33,801 bases of DNA, from NCBI GenBank assembly GCA_031395155.1, contig JANNUK010000352.1, positions 1 to 33,801 of the forward strand. The letters are read 5' to 3'. The notes below the pieces were generated by a model. The model had not been told where the DNA came from. It saw nothing but the letters and a program-made list of their open reading frames with translations, and searched no databases. A program made the translations under genes and the position numbers. Origin of the DNA: Chloroflexota bacterium. GTDB taxonomy: Bacteria > Chloroflexota > Limnocylindria > Limnocylindrales > CSP1-4. Positions 16,930 through 24,249 of the stretch are shown here, in pieces. Within the stretch, counting starts at the first letter, position 1. Every line of letters begins with the position of its first letter.

Positions 16930-17302
16930 CGACGATGATCACCTGCGCTGCCGCGGCGCTGATCTCCTCCCAGTGGGGGATGACGTCGGGTTCATCGCGG
17001 TACTTGCGGATGAGCGCGATGGCCGGTTCCCGCGCGGCCTCTCCTTCGATGAGGCTGGCCGTCCCGATCACCTGGACATAGTCGCCACTCGCGGGGTCGT
17101 CGATGCACAGGACGATCCGCGGGTCGCGCCGGAGGTTGTGGGTCTTGGCGGTCCCGGCGGCGCTGCAGATCCACAACTCGCCGCCCGTCCACAGATACCA
17201 GCTGGGCGTCAGCTGCGGCCGGCCGTCGCCGCGGACCGTCGCCACGATGACGTTCGGCATCGTCGTCAGGAACGCCTCCTGCCGCTCGGGCGAGGGGATC
17301 AC
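16895..17302 (-). CDS. PPOX-class (pyridoxamine 5'-phosphate oxidase fold) probable F420-dependent enzyme
   Basis: From ORF 16895..17314 (TTG). A GTG at 17302 overlaps the upstream stop (GTGA), which favours that start. ...NVIVATVRGDGRPQLTPSWYLWTGGELWICSAAGTAKTHNLRRDPRIVLCIDD... is typical of the PPOX-class F420-dependent family. Confidence 0.75.
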   Translation of the reverse strand: MIPSPERQEAFLTTMPNVIVATVRGDGRPQLTPSWYLWTGGELWICSAAGTAKTHNLRRDPRIVLCIDDPASGDYVQVIGTASLIEGEAAREPAIALIRKYRDEPDVIPHWEEISAAAAQVIIVVTPEQFLWHDH

Positions 17303-18114
17303 CGCGCCGTCCAACCGGCATCGATCATCTGCGCCGTCCCCGTGATGCCGGCCGCGTCCTCCGAGCAGAGGAAGCGGACGTACGCGGCCACCTCGTCCGC
17401 CTCGAGCAGGCGCGGGATGGCAGCTCCCGCCAGGATGATCCGGTCCAGGACCTCAGCCTCGGGGATCCCGGCAGTCCGGGCCTGGTCCGCGATCTGCGCC
17501 TCCACCAGTGGCGTTCGGACATAGGAGGGACAGACGGCGTTGCAGGTCACGCCATGCGCGCCGGCTTCGAGGGCGACGGCTCGGGTCAGCCCCAGGAGTC
17601 CGTGCTTCGCCGCGATGTAGGCGACCTTGTTCGGCGACGCCACGACCGAGTGGATCGAGCCGATATTGACGATGCGCCCCCAACCTCGCGCGATCATCGC
17701 GGGCAACGCAGCCTGGCTGAGGACGAACGGCGCGGTGAGCATGGTCGCGAGCATCGCATCCCAGCGCTCCATCGGGAAGTCGACGACCGGGGCGACGTGC
17801 TGGAAGCCGGCGCCATTGACCAGGATGTCGAGCCGCTCATGTCGCTCGATCACCGTCGCGATCATGGCCTGACAGGCAGCAACGTCCGCCAGCTCGACGG
17901 CGTGGACCCAGGCCCGGGGCAGCGCCGCCGCGACCGCGTTCGCCCTGATCTCATCGCGATCGACGACCACGACGGTGGCTCCGTCCGCCGTCAGCACCTC
18001 GGCGATCGCCCCGCCGATGCCTCCGGCCGCCCCGGTCACCACGGCCACCCGCTCGGTCAGCGGTGCGCTGGCCACGGCCGCGGCCGTGACCTGGGCCGGA
18101 TCACGGGCGGTCAA
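17299..18114 (-). CDS. Short-chain dehydrogenase/reductase (3-hydroxybutyrate-dehydrogenase-like SDR)
   Basis: VAVVTGAAGGIGGAI is the TGxxxGxG motif, NIGS is present, and YIAAKHG is the YxxxK motif, followed by PSYVRTPLV and ITGTAQMIDAGWTA. The TTG start at 18114 overlaps the ATPase stop (TTGA). Later in-frame GTG starts are possible. Confidence 0.85.
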   Translation of the reverse strand: MTARDPAQVTAAAVASAPLTERVAVVTGAAGGIGGAIAEVLTADGATVVVVDRDEIRANAVAAALPRAWVHAVELADVAACQAMIATVIERHERLDILVNGAGFQHVAPVVDFPMERWDAMLATMLTAPFVLSQAALPAMIARGWGRIVNIGSIHSVVASPNKVAYIAAKHGLLGLTRAVALEAGAHGVTCNAVCPSYVRTPLVEAQIADQARTAGIPEAEVLDRIILAGAAIPRLLEADEVAAYVRFLCSEDAAGITGTAQMIDAGWTAR

Positions 18115-19220
18115 TGGATGATCCGCTGACCGCTTTCTCGATCGAACAGGTGGATCCGCCCCGCCGCCAACACCGCCTGGACCGCTTGCCCGATTTCGAG
18201 GCGGACATCGGGGGCCACCCGGGCGACCACGGTCGCTTCTCCGGCGGCCAGTTCCACGAATGTATCGGAGCCGATCGGCTCCAGCAGCGCGACCGAGGCG
18301 CCGAAGCTTCCGATCGGCAGGTCTGCGACCCCGTTGGAGCGGAGCGTGACGTCCTCGGCGCGGACGCCGAGGGCCACGTTCGACCAGGACCCGTCACGAA
18401 GTCCCAGTTCGGCGGGCGAACCCAGCGCGATCCGGAGGTCCGGCGACACGAACGTCACCACGCCATCCGAATGCTCCAGGGCGCCGTCGACCAGGCTCAT
18501 CTTCGGCTTGCCGACGAACGTCGCGACATACAGATCGCGCGGATTCCGATAGATCTCCCGCGTGGTCCCAAGCTGGACGACCTTGCCGTCGCGCATGACC
18601 GCAATCAGGTCGGACAGCGACATGGCTTCCTCCTGGTCGTGGGTCACGAAGACACTGGTCGTGCCCAGGCTCAGGTGGAGGTGCTTGACCTCGGTCCTCA
18701 TCCGGCTGCGAAGGCCGGCATCCAGGTTGCTGAACGGCTCGTCGAGGAGGAAGACGAGCGGCTCCTTGACGAGCGCACGGCCAAGCGCGACGCGCTGCTG
18801 CTGACCGCCCGACATCTGGTCCGGTTTGCGCTTCAGCAGATGCGAGATGTCCAGCGTCTCGGCGACGGCGCCGACTCGGGAGCGGATCTCCGCCTTGGGC
18901 CGGTGCAGCAGCTTGAGACCGAACGCGATGTTGCCAAAGGCCGTCAGGTGCGGATACAGGGCATAGTTCTGGAAGACCATGGCCATCCGGCGTTCGTTCG
19001 GTGGCGTCATGGTGATGTCTTCGTTGCCCAGCAGGATGCGCCCCTTGTCGAGCCGGTCCAGCCCGGCGATCAGGCTCAAGGTCGTGCTCTTGCCGCAGCC
19101 GGACGGTCCAAGGAGCGTGACGAACGCGCCCGACGGGATGTCGATCGACAGGTTGTCGACGGCGCGGACCTTGCCGTAGAAGCGCGAGACCCCTTCCAGC
19201 CTGAGCGCGATGTCGGCCAT
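18111..19220 (-). CDS. ABC transporter ATP-binding protein, MalK/UgpC/MsiK-type (NBD paralog 1)
   Basis: Walker A is GPSGCGKST, the Q-loop is VFQNYALYP, the signature is MSGGQQQRVALGRAL and Walker B is VFLLDEPFSNLD. A C-terminal TOBE-like regulatory domain is present. The ATG at 19220 is preceded by GAGAGGAAA. Confidence 0.9.
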   Translation of the reverse strand: MADIALRLEGVSRFYGKVRAVDNLSIDIPSGAFVTLLGPSGCGKSTTLSLIAGLDRLDKGRILLGNEDITMTPPNERRMAMVFQNYALYPHLTAFGNIAFGLKLLHRPKAEIRSRVGAVAETLDISHLLKRKPDQMSGGQQQRVALGRALVKEPLVFLLDEPFSNLDAGLRSRMRTEVKHLHLSLGTTSVFVTHDQEEAMSLSDLIAVMRDGKVVQLGTTREIYRNPRDLYVATFVGKPKMSLVDGALEHSDGVVTFVSPDLRIALGSPAELGLRDGSWSNVALGVRAEDVTLRSNGVADLPIGSFGASVALLEPIGSDTFVELAAGEATVVARVAPDVRLEIGQAVQAVLAAGRIHLFDRESGQRIIH

Positions 19221-19325
19221 GCTTGGGTTTCCTCTCGTTGGATGGCTGGCAACGTTGGCGCCGGGCAGCCCGCGTTCCGCGCCTGTCCGGGTTTACTCGT
19301 TGGGCCGGCGGCGCCGCCTCGCAGC

Positions 19326-19345
19326 GCATATTGTTGACAATCTAC
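19326..19345. promoter_or_regulatory. Operator-like palindrome, copy b (GCATATTGTTGACAATCTAC)
   Basis: The core ATTGTTGACAAT is at 19330-19341, with one mismatch from the perfect palindrome. It lies about 110 nt upstream of the ATPase-1 ATG, in the 190-nt gap after the Gfo stop. A half-site-like AATGTCGAC follows at about 19366. Confidence 0.6.
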
Positions 19346-19382
19346 GATGGCATCAGGCCCTCGTCAATGTCGACGGCGGGAT

Positions 19383-19398
19383 CCGGGCGCCCGCCCGG
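19383..19398 (-). terminator. Short GC hairpin just downstream of the Gfo (19411..20469) stop
   Basis: CCGGGCG-CC-CGCCCGG has 7-nt arms, effectively a 6-bp stem with a 4-nt loop. It lies 12 nt after the stop codon on the minus strand. This is a weak call. Confidence 0.3.
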
Positions 19399-19410
19399 CT
19401 CCCGCGATCT

Positions 19411-20469
19411 TCAGTCCACGGGCATGCTCACGAGCGGAAGGTCGACGGCGCGACCGGTCCGGGCCGAGATCTTCGCGGCCTGGGTCATCTCGATGGCCGC
19501 ACGGCCGTCCTCGCCCGTGATCCGGGGCGCGTCGCCCGCGCGCAGGGCGGCCACGAAATCAATCAGCTGGCGCGCCGTGTTGCCGATCCGCCGGGGGTCA
19601 CGCGGCTTGAAATCGGGGAGCGTCCAACTCGGCAACTCCCACACCTGCTCGTCGCGGGCGCCCGTGAGCAGCTCGATCCGATCCAGGTCCCAGAAGATCG
19701 AACCCTTGGTCCCGACGACCTGGTACTGGTTGTTCCGTCGCGTCCCAAAGCCCGATGGACCGATCTCGTAACACAACAGGATCTGCGCGATGGCCTTGTT
19801 CGACAACCGGATCTGGACCATGGCCGTGGGACTCTCCAGTGGCAGGCCGGTGAAGTTCTCGAAGTCGGCGTATACGCGAACCGGCTCCGCTCCGCTCAAC
19901 CAGCGGATGGCGTCGCACGCGTGCGATCCCCAGTCGAGGAAGGCATCGCCCTCGCGCGGGTCGGACGGCCAGCTTTGCGGGACGTTCACGAACCCGGAGC
20001 CGGGCGTCACGCTCATCGGGCGGATGAAGAGGAGGTCGCCGATGAGACCCTCGTCCAGATACGACTTGGCCCGCATGGACATCTCCATGTGGCGGGTCTG
20101 CTTGGCGACCGTCAGACGCACCCCGGCAACCCGGCACGCAGCGATGATCGCGTCGCACTCGACGACGTCGAGAGCCATCGGCTTCTCGAGGTAGACGTGT
20201 TTGCCGGCCGCGGCCACGAGCAAGGCCAGCGGCAAGTGCGTGGAGTGCGGGGTGGCGATGACGACGACGTCGACATCGGCTCTCGCAGCGAGTCGCTCGG
20301 CGGACGGTTCCACCTCGACGCCGAACTCGGCGGCCAGGGCGTCGGCACGCGACCCGAGCGCGACGGCCACCAACCGTCCGCCGTTCACCTGGGTCGCGAG
20401 GGCGTCGGCGTAGACCCGAGCCATGTTGCCCGACCCGAGGATGCCGAATCCGATGGGTGTGTCACGCAT
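19411..20469 (-). CDS. Gfo/Idh/MocA family oxidoreductase (paralog 4)
   Basis: From ORF 19411..20823. The ATG at 20469 is preceded by GGAGGA. It gives MRDTPIGFGILGSGNMARVY (Rossmann) and HVYLEKPMA (EKP motif). The 118 upstream codons cross the operator and are read-in. Confidence 0.85.
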   Translation of the reverse strand: MRDTPIGFGILGSGNMARVYADALATQVNGGRLVAVALGSRADALAAEFGVEVEPSAERLAARADVDVVVIATPHSTHLPLALLVAAAGKHVYLEKPMALDVVECDAIIAACRVAGVRLTVAKQTRHMEMSMRAKSYLDEGLIGDLLFIRPMSVTPGSGFVNVPQSWPSDPREGDAFLDWGSHACDAIRWLSGAEPVRVYADFENFTGLPLESPTAMVQIRLSNKAIAQILLCYEIGPSGFGTRRNNQYQVVGTKGSIFWDLDRIELLTGARDEQVWELPSWTLPDFKPRDPRRIGNTARQLIDFVAALRAGDAPRITGEDGRAAIEMTQAAKISARTGRAVDLPLVSMPVD

Positions 20470-20521
20470 GTCGTGCGTCCTCCGTCGAGTCTGGTGCCCC
20501 CTCGACCTGAAGGTCGACAGT

Positions 20522-20541
20522 GTACATTGTCGACAATCTAC
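20522..20541. promoter_or_regulatory. Operator-like palindrome, copy c (GTACATTGTCGACAATCTAC)
   Basis: The perfect 12-bp core is at 20526-20537, in the 115-nt divergent region between Gfo (ATG 20469) and the 2-hydroxyacid dehydrogenase (ATG 20585). A second inverted repeat, TCGACC-N4-GGTCGA, is at 20502-20517. Confidence 0.7.
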
Positions 20542-20584
20542 GAGATCTACGTCACTCCAGGAAGGACCATCCAGCGAGGCCGGG

Positions 20585-21577
20585 ATGCCCCACGGAATCG
20601 ACCAGCGGGTCGTTGTCACCGACTCGGAAGCGCTGTTGCGGCCGGGCATCGCCCTGCTGCGGGAACGCGGCGTCGAGGTGGAGGTCCTGCGCGACGCGAT
20701 CGGGGGGTCGGAAGCGGCCGCGATCGTCGCCGAGTTTCCGGCAGCCATCGTCGGGTTGCTCCCGTTCCGGGCACCCGAGATCGCGGCGCTGCGCCGAACA
20801 GGCGCGTTGGTCCGGGCGGGCATCGGCTACGACATCATCGATGTCGATGCGGCGACGGCCGCCGGGATCTGGGTGGTCAACGTGCCCGACTATTGTGTCG
20901 ATGAAGTCGCGGATCACGCCGTCCTCCTGCTGCTGTCGGCATGGCGGCGACTGACCGAGCTGGAACGTGTGTGGCATACCGGGTCGTGGGTGGCGCCCGG
21001 CCTCGTCCCACCGGTCAACCGTGTCCGGGGCCGGCGCCTGGGGATCGTCGGGTTCGGGCGGATCGGGCGAGCCGTCGCCACTCGGGCGCAAGCGTTCGGT
21101 TTTGACGTCGTCGCGCACGATCCGTTCGTGTCGGACCACCTCCTGCGGGCGGCCGATGTGGGACCGATCGGGCTGGACGCGCTCTTCGAGACGAGCGATG
21201 CGGTCACCCTGCACTGTCCGCTGACGCCGGAGACAGCGTACCTGGTCAGCAACGAGCGCCTGTCACGCGTCCGGCCCGGGTTGGTCCTGGTCAACACGAG
21301 TCGGGGCGGCCTCGTCGATCTGGCAGCGCTTGACGGCGCGGTCGGAGACGGTCGCGTCGGCGCGGTCGGCCTGGACGTGCTGGAGGACGAGCCCAATCCG
21401 GACCTGACGCGTCCGCTGTTCGCCCGGCCGAACGTGGTCCTGACGCCGCATCTCGCCTGGTACTCGCTGGAGGCGCGCCGCGATCTCGCGTTGCAGGCCG
21501 CCGAGGAGGCGTATCGATTCATCCGGGGTGAACGCCCGCGCAACATCGTCAATCCGGCGGCTCGGCCGGCGTCCTGA
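20585..21577 (+). CDS. D-isomer-specific 2-hydroxyacid dehydrogenase family (CtBP/PGDH-like)
   Basis: From ORF 20423..21577, using the ATG at 20585. RLGIVGFGRIGRAVA is the NAD-binding GxGxxGR motif. LVNTSRGGLVD and DVLEDEP...LTPHLAWYS are the catalytic R/E/H region typical of the family. Confidence 0.8.
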   Translation: MPHGIDQRVVVTDSEALLRPGIALLRERGVEVEVLRDAIGGSEAAAIVAEFPAAIVGLLPFRAPEIAALRRTGALVRAGIGYDIIDVDAATAAGIWVVNVPDYCVDEVADHAVLLLLSAWRRLTELERVWHTGSWVAPGLVPPVNRVRGRRLGIVGFGRIGRAVATRAQAFGFDVVAHDPFVSDHLLRAADVGPIGLDALFETSDAVTLHCPLTPETAYLVSNERLSRVRPGLVLVNTSRGGLVDLAALDGAVGDGRVGAVGLDVLEDEPNPDLTRPLFARPNVVLTPHLAWYSLEARRDLALQAAEEAYRFIRGERPRNIVNPAARPAS

Positions 21578-21601
21578 CGGTCCCGAGCGTCGAGGTCGTC
21601 C

Positions 21602-22687
21602 TCAGGCGTGCGCCCGGGCGGCGTCCACGGCCTCAGCCATCCGACGAAGTGGCGCCATCCGACTCTCCCGTGGTGTCGGGTCGAGGGCTTCGGCCACCTC
21701 CTGCAGCGGACCCATCGAGGCGATCCGCACCGCTTCGCCCATCAGCTCGATCTTGCGCCGGGCGGCATGGCGGCCCACCGCTCGAAGGCTGCCGTTGGAG
21801 GCGATGCCGATTCGTTCCGGGCTCCTCTCGCCGTTCGCGGCCCAGGCCATCGCCCAGACCATGACCTCGGTTTCGTCGCGTGTCGCGTCCCCCGCGTCGA
21901 GCGCTCCGACGATCACGCCCATCTCCGGGGGGACCGCAAACGCGAAACGCCACGCATCGGGGCCGCCCAGGGCGTCCATGAGATAGCTTCGATACGGACC
22001 ACCGAGGATGCTGGCATGTCCGGCCGGATCGACCGCGCCCCGGTACAGGCCGAGGCTCAGATGGTGGTCGTCCAGCCCGGCTGTCAGGCGTCGCTGCGTC
22101 TCGGCATAGAGCAGCCACTCTTGGGTGTCGTCGCCGATCGCCGTGAGGGCGCCCTCGTCGACCTGGATGAGGGGGCAGCCAGCCCGGGCCAGAGCATGCA
22201 GCTCGGCATTGAGTGCTTCGGCGAGGCCAAGCGCCAGCACCTCGCGGGGTGCACCGCCCGGCTCGGCGAGCCGGGCGACGGTGTACGGCCCGACGACCAC
22301 CTGCTTGACCATCTGCTCGGTGGTCTGATCCGCCCATCGCCAGTCGTCGACGGTGATCGGCGCGGTCCAGGTGGGAGCCCGGTCGAACCGGGGCGTTCGT
22401 GCGGACGCTCCGTCCGGCAACGTCACCGCGCGATCCGAGCTCGTCCCGCCCAGTCCCTGTACCACGGCGCGCAGCCGATCGTCATGGACCAGGTTGCCAT
22501 CGGTCAGAACCGCGAGGCCCGCGGCCTCCTGCTCGGCGAGCACGAGCCCCGCGAATTCGCGGCTCGCCGTGAGGTGCTCCGCGGCGCTGATCTCGCCGAT
22601 CGCCAGCCGGCGATCGGCGTCCACGAGCAGGTCCGGTTCCCCGGCGCGCGGCTCCCGGGGATAGTCGGCAGCCAGACAGGCAAACAT
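21602..22687 (-). CDS. MetE-like (cobalamin-independent methionine synthase catalytic-domain / UROD-MetE superfamily) protein, apparently without Zn ligands
   Basis: From ORF 21602..22711 (GTG). The ATG at 22687 has GGGAG 7 nt upstream, whereas the 22705/22711 starts abut a 13-bp hairpin. VVGPYTV and CPLIQVDEGAL resemble the MetE C-terminal barrel. The positions where I expect HxC and a second Cys read HHLSLGLYRG and IGIASNGSL. Family assignment is from memory of the motifs, not from a search. Confidence 0.55.
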   Translation of the reverse strand: MFACLAADYPREPRAGEPDLLVDADRRLAIGEISAAEHLTASREFAGLVLAEQEAAGLAVLTDGNLVHDDRLRAVVQGLGGTSSDRAVTLPDGASARTPRFDRAPTWTAPITVDDWRWADQTTEQMVKQVVVGPYTVARLAEPGGAPREVLALGLAEALNAELHALARAGCPLIQVDEGALTAIGDDTQEWLLYAETQRRLTAGLDDHHLSLGLYRGAVDPAGHASILGGPYRSYLMDALGGPDAWRFAFAVPPEMGVIVGALDAGDATRDETEVMVWAMAWAANGERSPERIGIASNGSLRAVGRHAARRKIELMGEAVRIASMGPLQEVAEALDPTPRESRMAPLRRMAEAVDAARAHA

Positions 22688-22706
22688 GGAGACGCTCCCG
22701 GACATG

Positions 22707-22738
22707 GGCACAGGGCGAGGTTCTTCTCGCCCTGTGCC
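22707..22738 (-). terminator. Perfect 13-bp stem hairpin (GGCACAGGGCGAG-N6-CTCGCCCTGTGCC)
   Basis: Seen directly in the sequence. It lies between the SBP stop (22786) and the MetE-like gene, with 1 nt (22706) separating it from the ATG at 22705. It could be a terminator or mRNA-stabilising element for the permease-SBP transcript, or an attenuator for the MetE-like gene. Confidence 0.5.
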
Positions 22739-22751
22739 GGTGTTTCTCGAT

Positions 22752-22778
22752 CACCCGGCCGGCGGCGCCGGCCGGGTG
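22752..22778 (-). terminator. 27-nt GC palindrome (CACCCGGCCGGCG-G-CGCCGGCCGGGTG)
   Basis: The 13-nt arms are perfectly complementary. It starts 8 nt downstream of the SBP stop codon on the minus strand. It is the first of two tandem hairpins. Confidence 0.5.
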
Positions 22779-22785
22779 GCGCATG

Positions 22786-24249
22786 CTAGGCGCTCAGGTA
22801 CTTGATGATCACATCGTTGACGCCCAGCACGGCGGCATCATGCGCCTGCTGGGCCGAATACTCGCCCTTGATGATCTTGTTGACGACGTCGTCGAAGACC
22901 TGGGAGTAGGTAAACGGCGTCGACCACAGGTTGGTCGCGCCCTTGGCCTGCGCCGTATGGGCGGGGATGAGCGGCTGGGCGGCGAGGACCGCCGGGTCCG
23001 CGAGGACCGAGTTCCGCGTCGGCGGGTAGAGCTCCGGTTCGTGCAGGCTGATCGCGAGCGCGACGTCCGGGGTGAAGAGGCGGTTGAAGTAGCTCCAGGA
23101 GGCCTCAGGCTGCTTGGTCCACTTGTTGACGCCCGTGCCATCCGCGCCCTGCGCCGAACCCGTCGTCCCGGCGGTGATACCGGGGAACTGGCGGACCGCC
23201 AGCTTGCCGGCGGCGACCAGTTCCTTCTCCGTGGGTTCAATCTCTGACTCGGAGTGCATGACCGTGGCCATGTTGCCCTTGGCGAACTCGACGTACGCCT
23301 CGTGCTCATTGGTGATGTTCAGGTATCTGGCATCCCAGAACCCGCTCTTCAGGCCGGCCTCGATCGTACGGAAGGCCGACAGCCCCTCGGGGCCGCCGAA
23401 CATCACCTGGGTCCGATCCTCGCTGAACATGGGATGCCCGGTCGAGTTGTAGATGTGGGTCCAGTACAGCTGGGCGAACGTCCCGCCGGCGCCCTGCCAC
23501 GGCTGAGCGCACGGGATGATTTTCTTCTCGACGAACTTCGGCGTGAGGGCGAAGAGCCCTTCATAGGTGTCCGGCGGATTGGCGCTGTCCTCGCCGATCG
23601 CGGTGAACAGTTCCGGGTTCCAGGTCCAAAGCCAGGCGCTGAAGTGGATCGGCAGGCCGCGCAGGACCTGGTCCGCCTGGGTGGTGAACCCGGCCAGAGC
23701 GCCGTTGACGAAGTCGCTCAGGTCACCGGTGTAGTTCCCCTCGAGCGGCAGCAGCAGGCGTGAGCCGAAGCGCTGCATGTAGTTGTCGTACGTGTAGTGG
23801 AGATCCCACGAGGCATCCTGCGTGGCGATGAAGCTCGCGTACTTGACCGGCTTCTCGTCGAACGGGATGTTGGTAAAGGTGGCATTTCCCCCGGTCTCGG
23901 CCTTCCAGGCATCGAGCCCCAGCTGGAACGCCGGGATCGAATAGCCACCGGTGCTGTTGTTGATGGTCACCCCGGCGTAGCTCACCGGAGCCGCTGTCGG
24001 TGGTGCGGTGGCGCCCGGCGCTGGCGTGCCCGGTGGTGGAGTGGCCGGCGCGGGCGACGGACTTGCCGTCGCGCCGCACGCCGCGACGAACGCCGCGCTG
24101 CCCGCGATCAGTCCACCCTTGAGCACGTCGCGGCGGCTGAGTGCCGACATCGATCGGCCGGCCAATGGTTGCTGTTGCTCGGTCATCTCGTCCTCCATGT
24201 TCGGCGGTTGATGGGCATTCTCACGCTGACCCTCAGGCCCTTCCGTCAT
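22786..24249 (-). CDS. ABC transporter extracellular solute-binding lipoprotein (family 1 / CUT1-type), Tat signal plus lipobox
   Basis: SRRDVLKGGLIAGSAAFVAAC is a twin-arginine motif followed by a lipobox Cys, then a Pro/Ala/Thr linker and a mature domain of about 400 aa typical of sugar SBPs. The ATG at 24249 overlaps the permease stop (ATGA). Alternative ATGs are at 24198 and 24186; the latter has GGAGGA 4 nt upstream. Confidence 0.85.
   Translation of the reverse strand: MTEGPEGQRENAHQPPNMEDEMTEQQQPLAGRSMSALSRRDVLKGGLIAGSAAFVAACGATASPSPAPATPPPGTPAPGATAPPTAAPVSYAGVTINNSTGGYSIPAFQLGLDAWKAETGGNATFTNIPFDEKPVKYASFIATQDASWDLHYTYDNYMQRFGSRLLLPLEGNYTGDLSDFVNGALAGFTTQADQVLRGLPIHFSAWLWTWNPELFTAIGEDSANPPDTYEGLFALTPKFVEKKIIPCAQPWQGAGGTFAQLYWTHIYNSTGHPMFSEDRTQVMFGGPEGLSAFRTIEAGLKSGFWDARYLNITNEHEAYVEFAKGNMATVMHSESEIEPTEKELVAAGKLAVRQFPGITAGTTGSAQGADGTGVNKWTKQPEASWSYFNRLFTPDVALAISLHEPELYPPTRNSVLADPAVLAAQPLIPAHTAQAKGATNLWSTPFTYSQVFDDVVNKIIKGEYSAQQAHDAAVLGVNDVIIKYLSA

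Noticed and set aside
18114-20904. Very long plus-strand ORFs (18114..19337, 407 aa; 19210..20904, 564 aa) and similar ones elsewhere: 2321..3445, 5209..6177, 8294..9094, 9223..10353, 12862..13917, 13457..14656, 14801..15652, 21608..22789, 25536..27138, 27681..29015, 29613..30683.
   Set aside because: All lie antisense to ORFs with clear family signatures. Their translations are R/G/A/P/D-rich with no recognisable motifs. This is typical of shadow ORFs that stay open in high-GC DNA because stop codons are AT-rich.
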